From contig CAWDOY010000036.1 in NCBI GenBank assembly GCA_963803975.1, positions 1-64,000 on the forward strand: a stretch of 64,000 bases of DNA. The letters run 5' to 3'. The notes below the pieces were generated by a model. It was given only the letters and a program-made list of their open reading frames with translations. It ran no database searches and was not told the origin of the DNA. Below are positions 63,934-64,000 of the stretch, piece after piece. Both the position numbers and the translations under genes were made by a program. This DNA comes from an uncultured delta proteobacterium. Lineage in GTDB: Bacteria; Desulfobacterota; WTBG01; CAIYCZ01. Numbering within the stretch: the stretch's first letter is position 1; the number at the start of each line of letters is the position of its first letter.

Positions 63934-64000
63934 AACCGGTAGATAAATGCCGGGGTGATGCAGAACAGGCCGGAAAAGTTTGATCCCATGTCCACCATGA

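Overview
64 kb of bacterial DNA, most consistent with an anaerobic Gram-negative organism. A deltaproteobacterial/Desulfobacterota-like host is inferred from gene content: AOR-family oxidoreductase, corrinoid methyltransferase set, CCG-domain Fe-S protein, sigma54 promoter, lipoproteins. Many genes carry single-base frameshifts, probably uncorrected long-read errors, so several genes were rebuilt from split ORFs. Left end: start of an NRPS (formyltransferase - degenerate C-like linker - Cys-clade A domain - tandem carrier domains) next to an SGGKDS PP-loop ATPase, resembling the OzmO/OzmP and CongA/CongE azole-starter pairs. Most of 7.6-55 kb looks like one co-regulated catabolic island. It holds an operon of four VAO/GlcD-type flavoproteins with a CCG Fe-S protein and an amidohydrolase; two mirror-image YCF48-MMPL-DUF1302-DUF1329 uptake operons; a NarL-type two-component system; a TetR; a geranylgeranyl-reductase-family flavoprotein; an exported HemG-like flavodoxin; three ferredoxin-dependent bilin reductase (FDBR)/RCCR-fold proteins (lipoprotein, membrane-anchored, cytoplasmic); and a four-component corrinoid methyltransferase. 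Two palindromes link these operons: ATGAG-N4-CTCA(T/C) at three promoters with shared geometry, and TAGGGGAATCCC(C)TA at three promoter regions. Best candidate for a new system: anaerobic uptake, sensing and reductive/demethylating catabolism of a hydrophobic substrate, possibly a bilin/tetrapyrrole or chlorophyll catabolite (inference). No rRNA, tRNA, CRISPR array or transposase was seen. All family calls are by eye from motifs; no searches were run.
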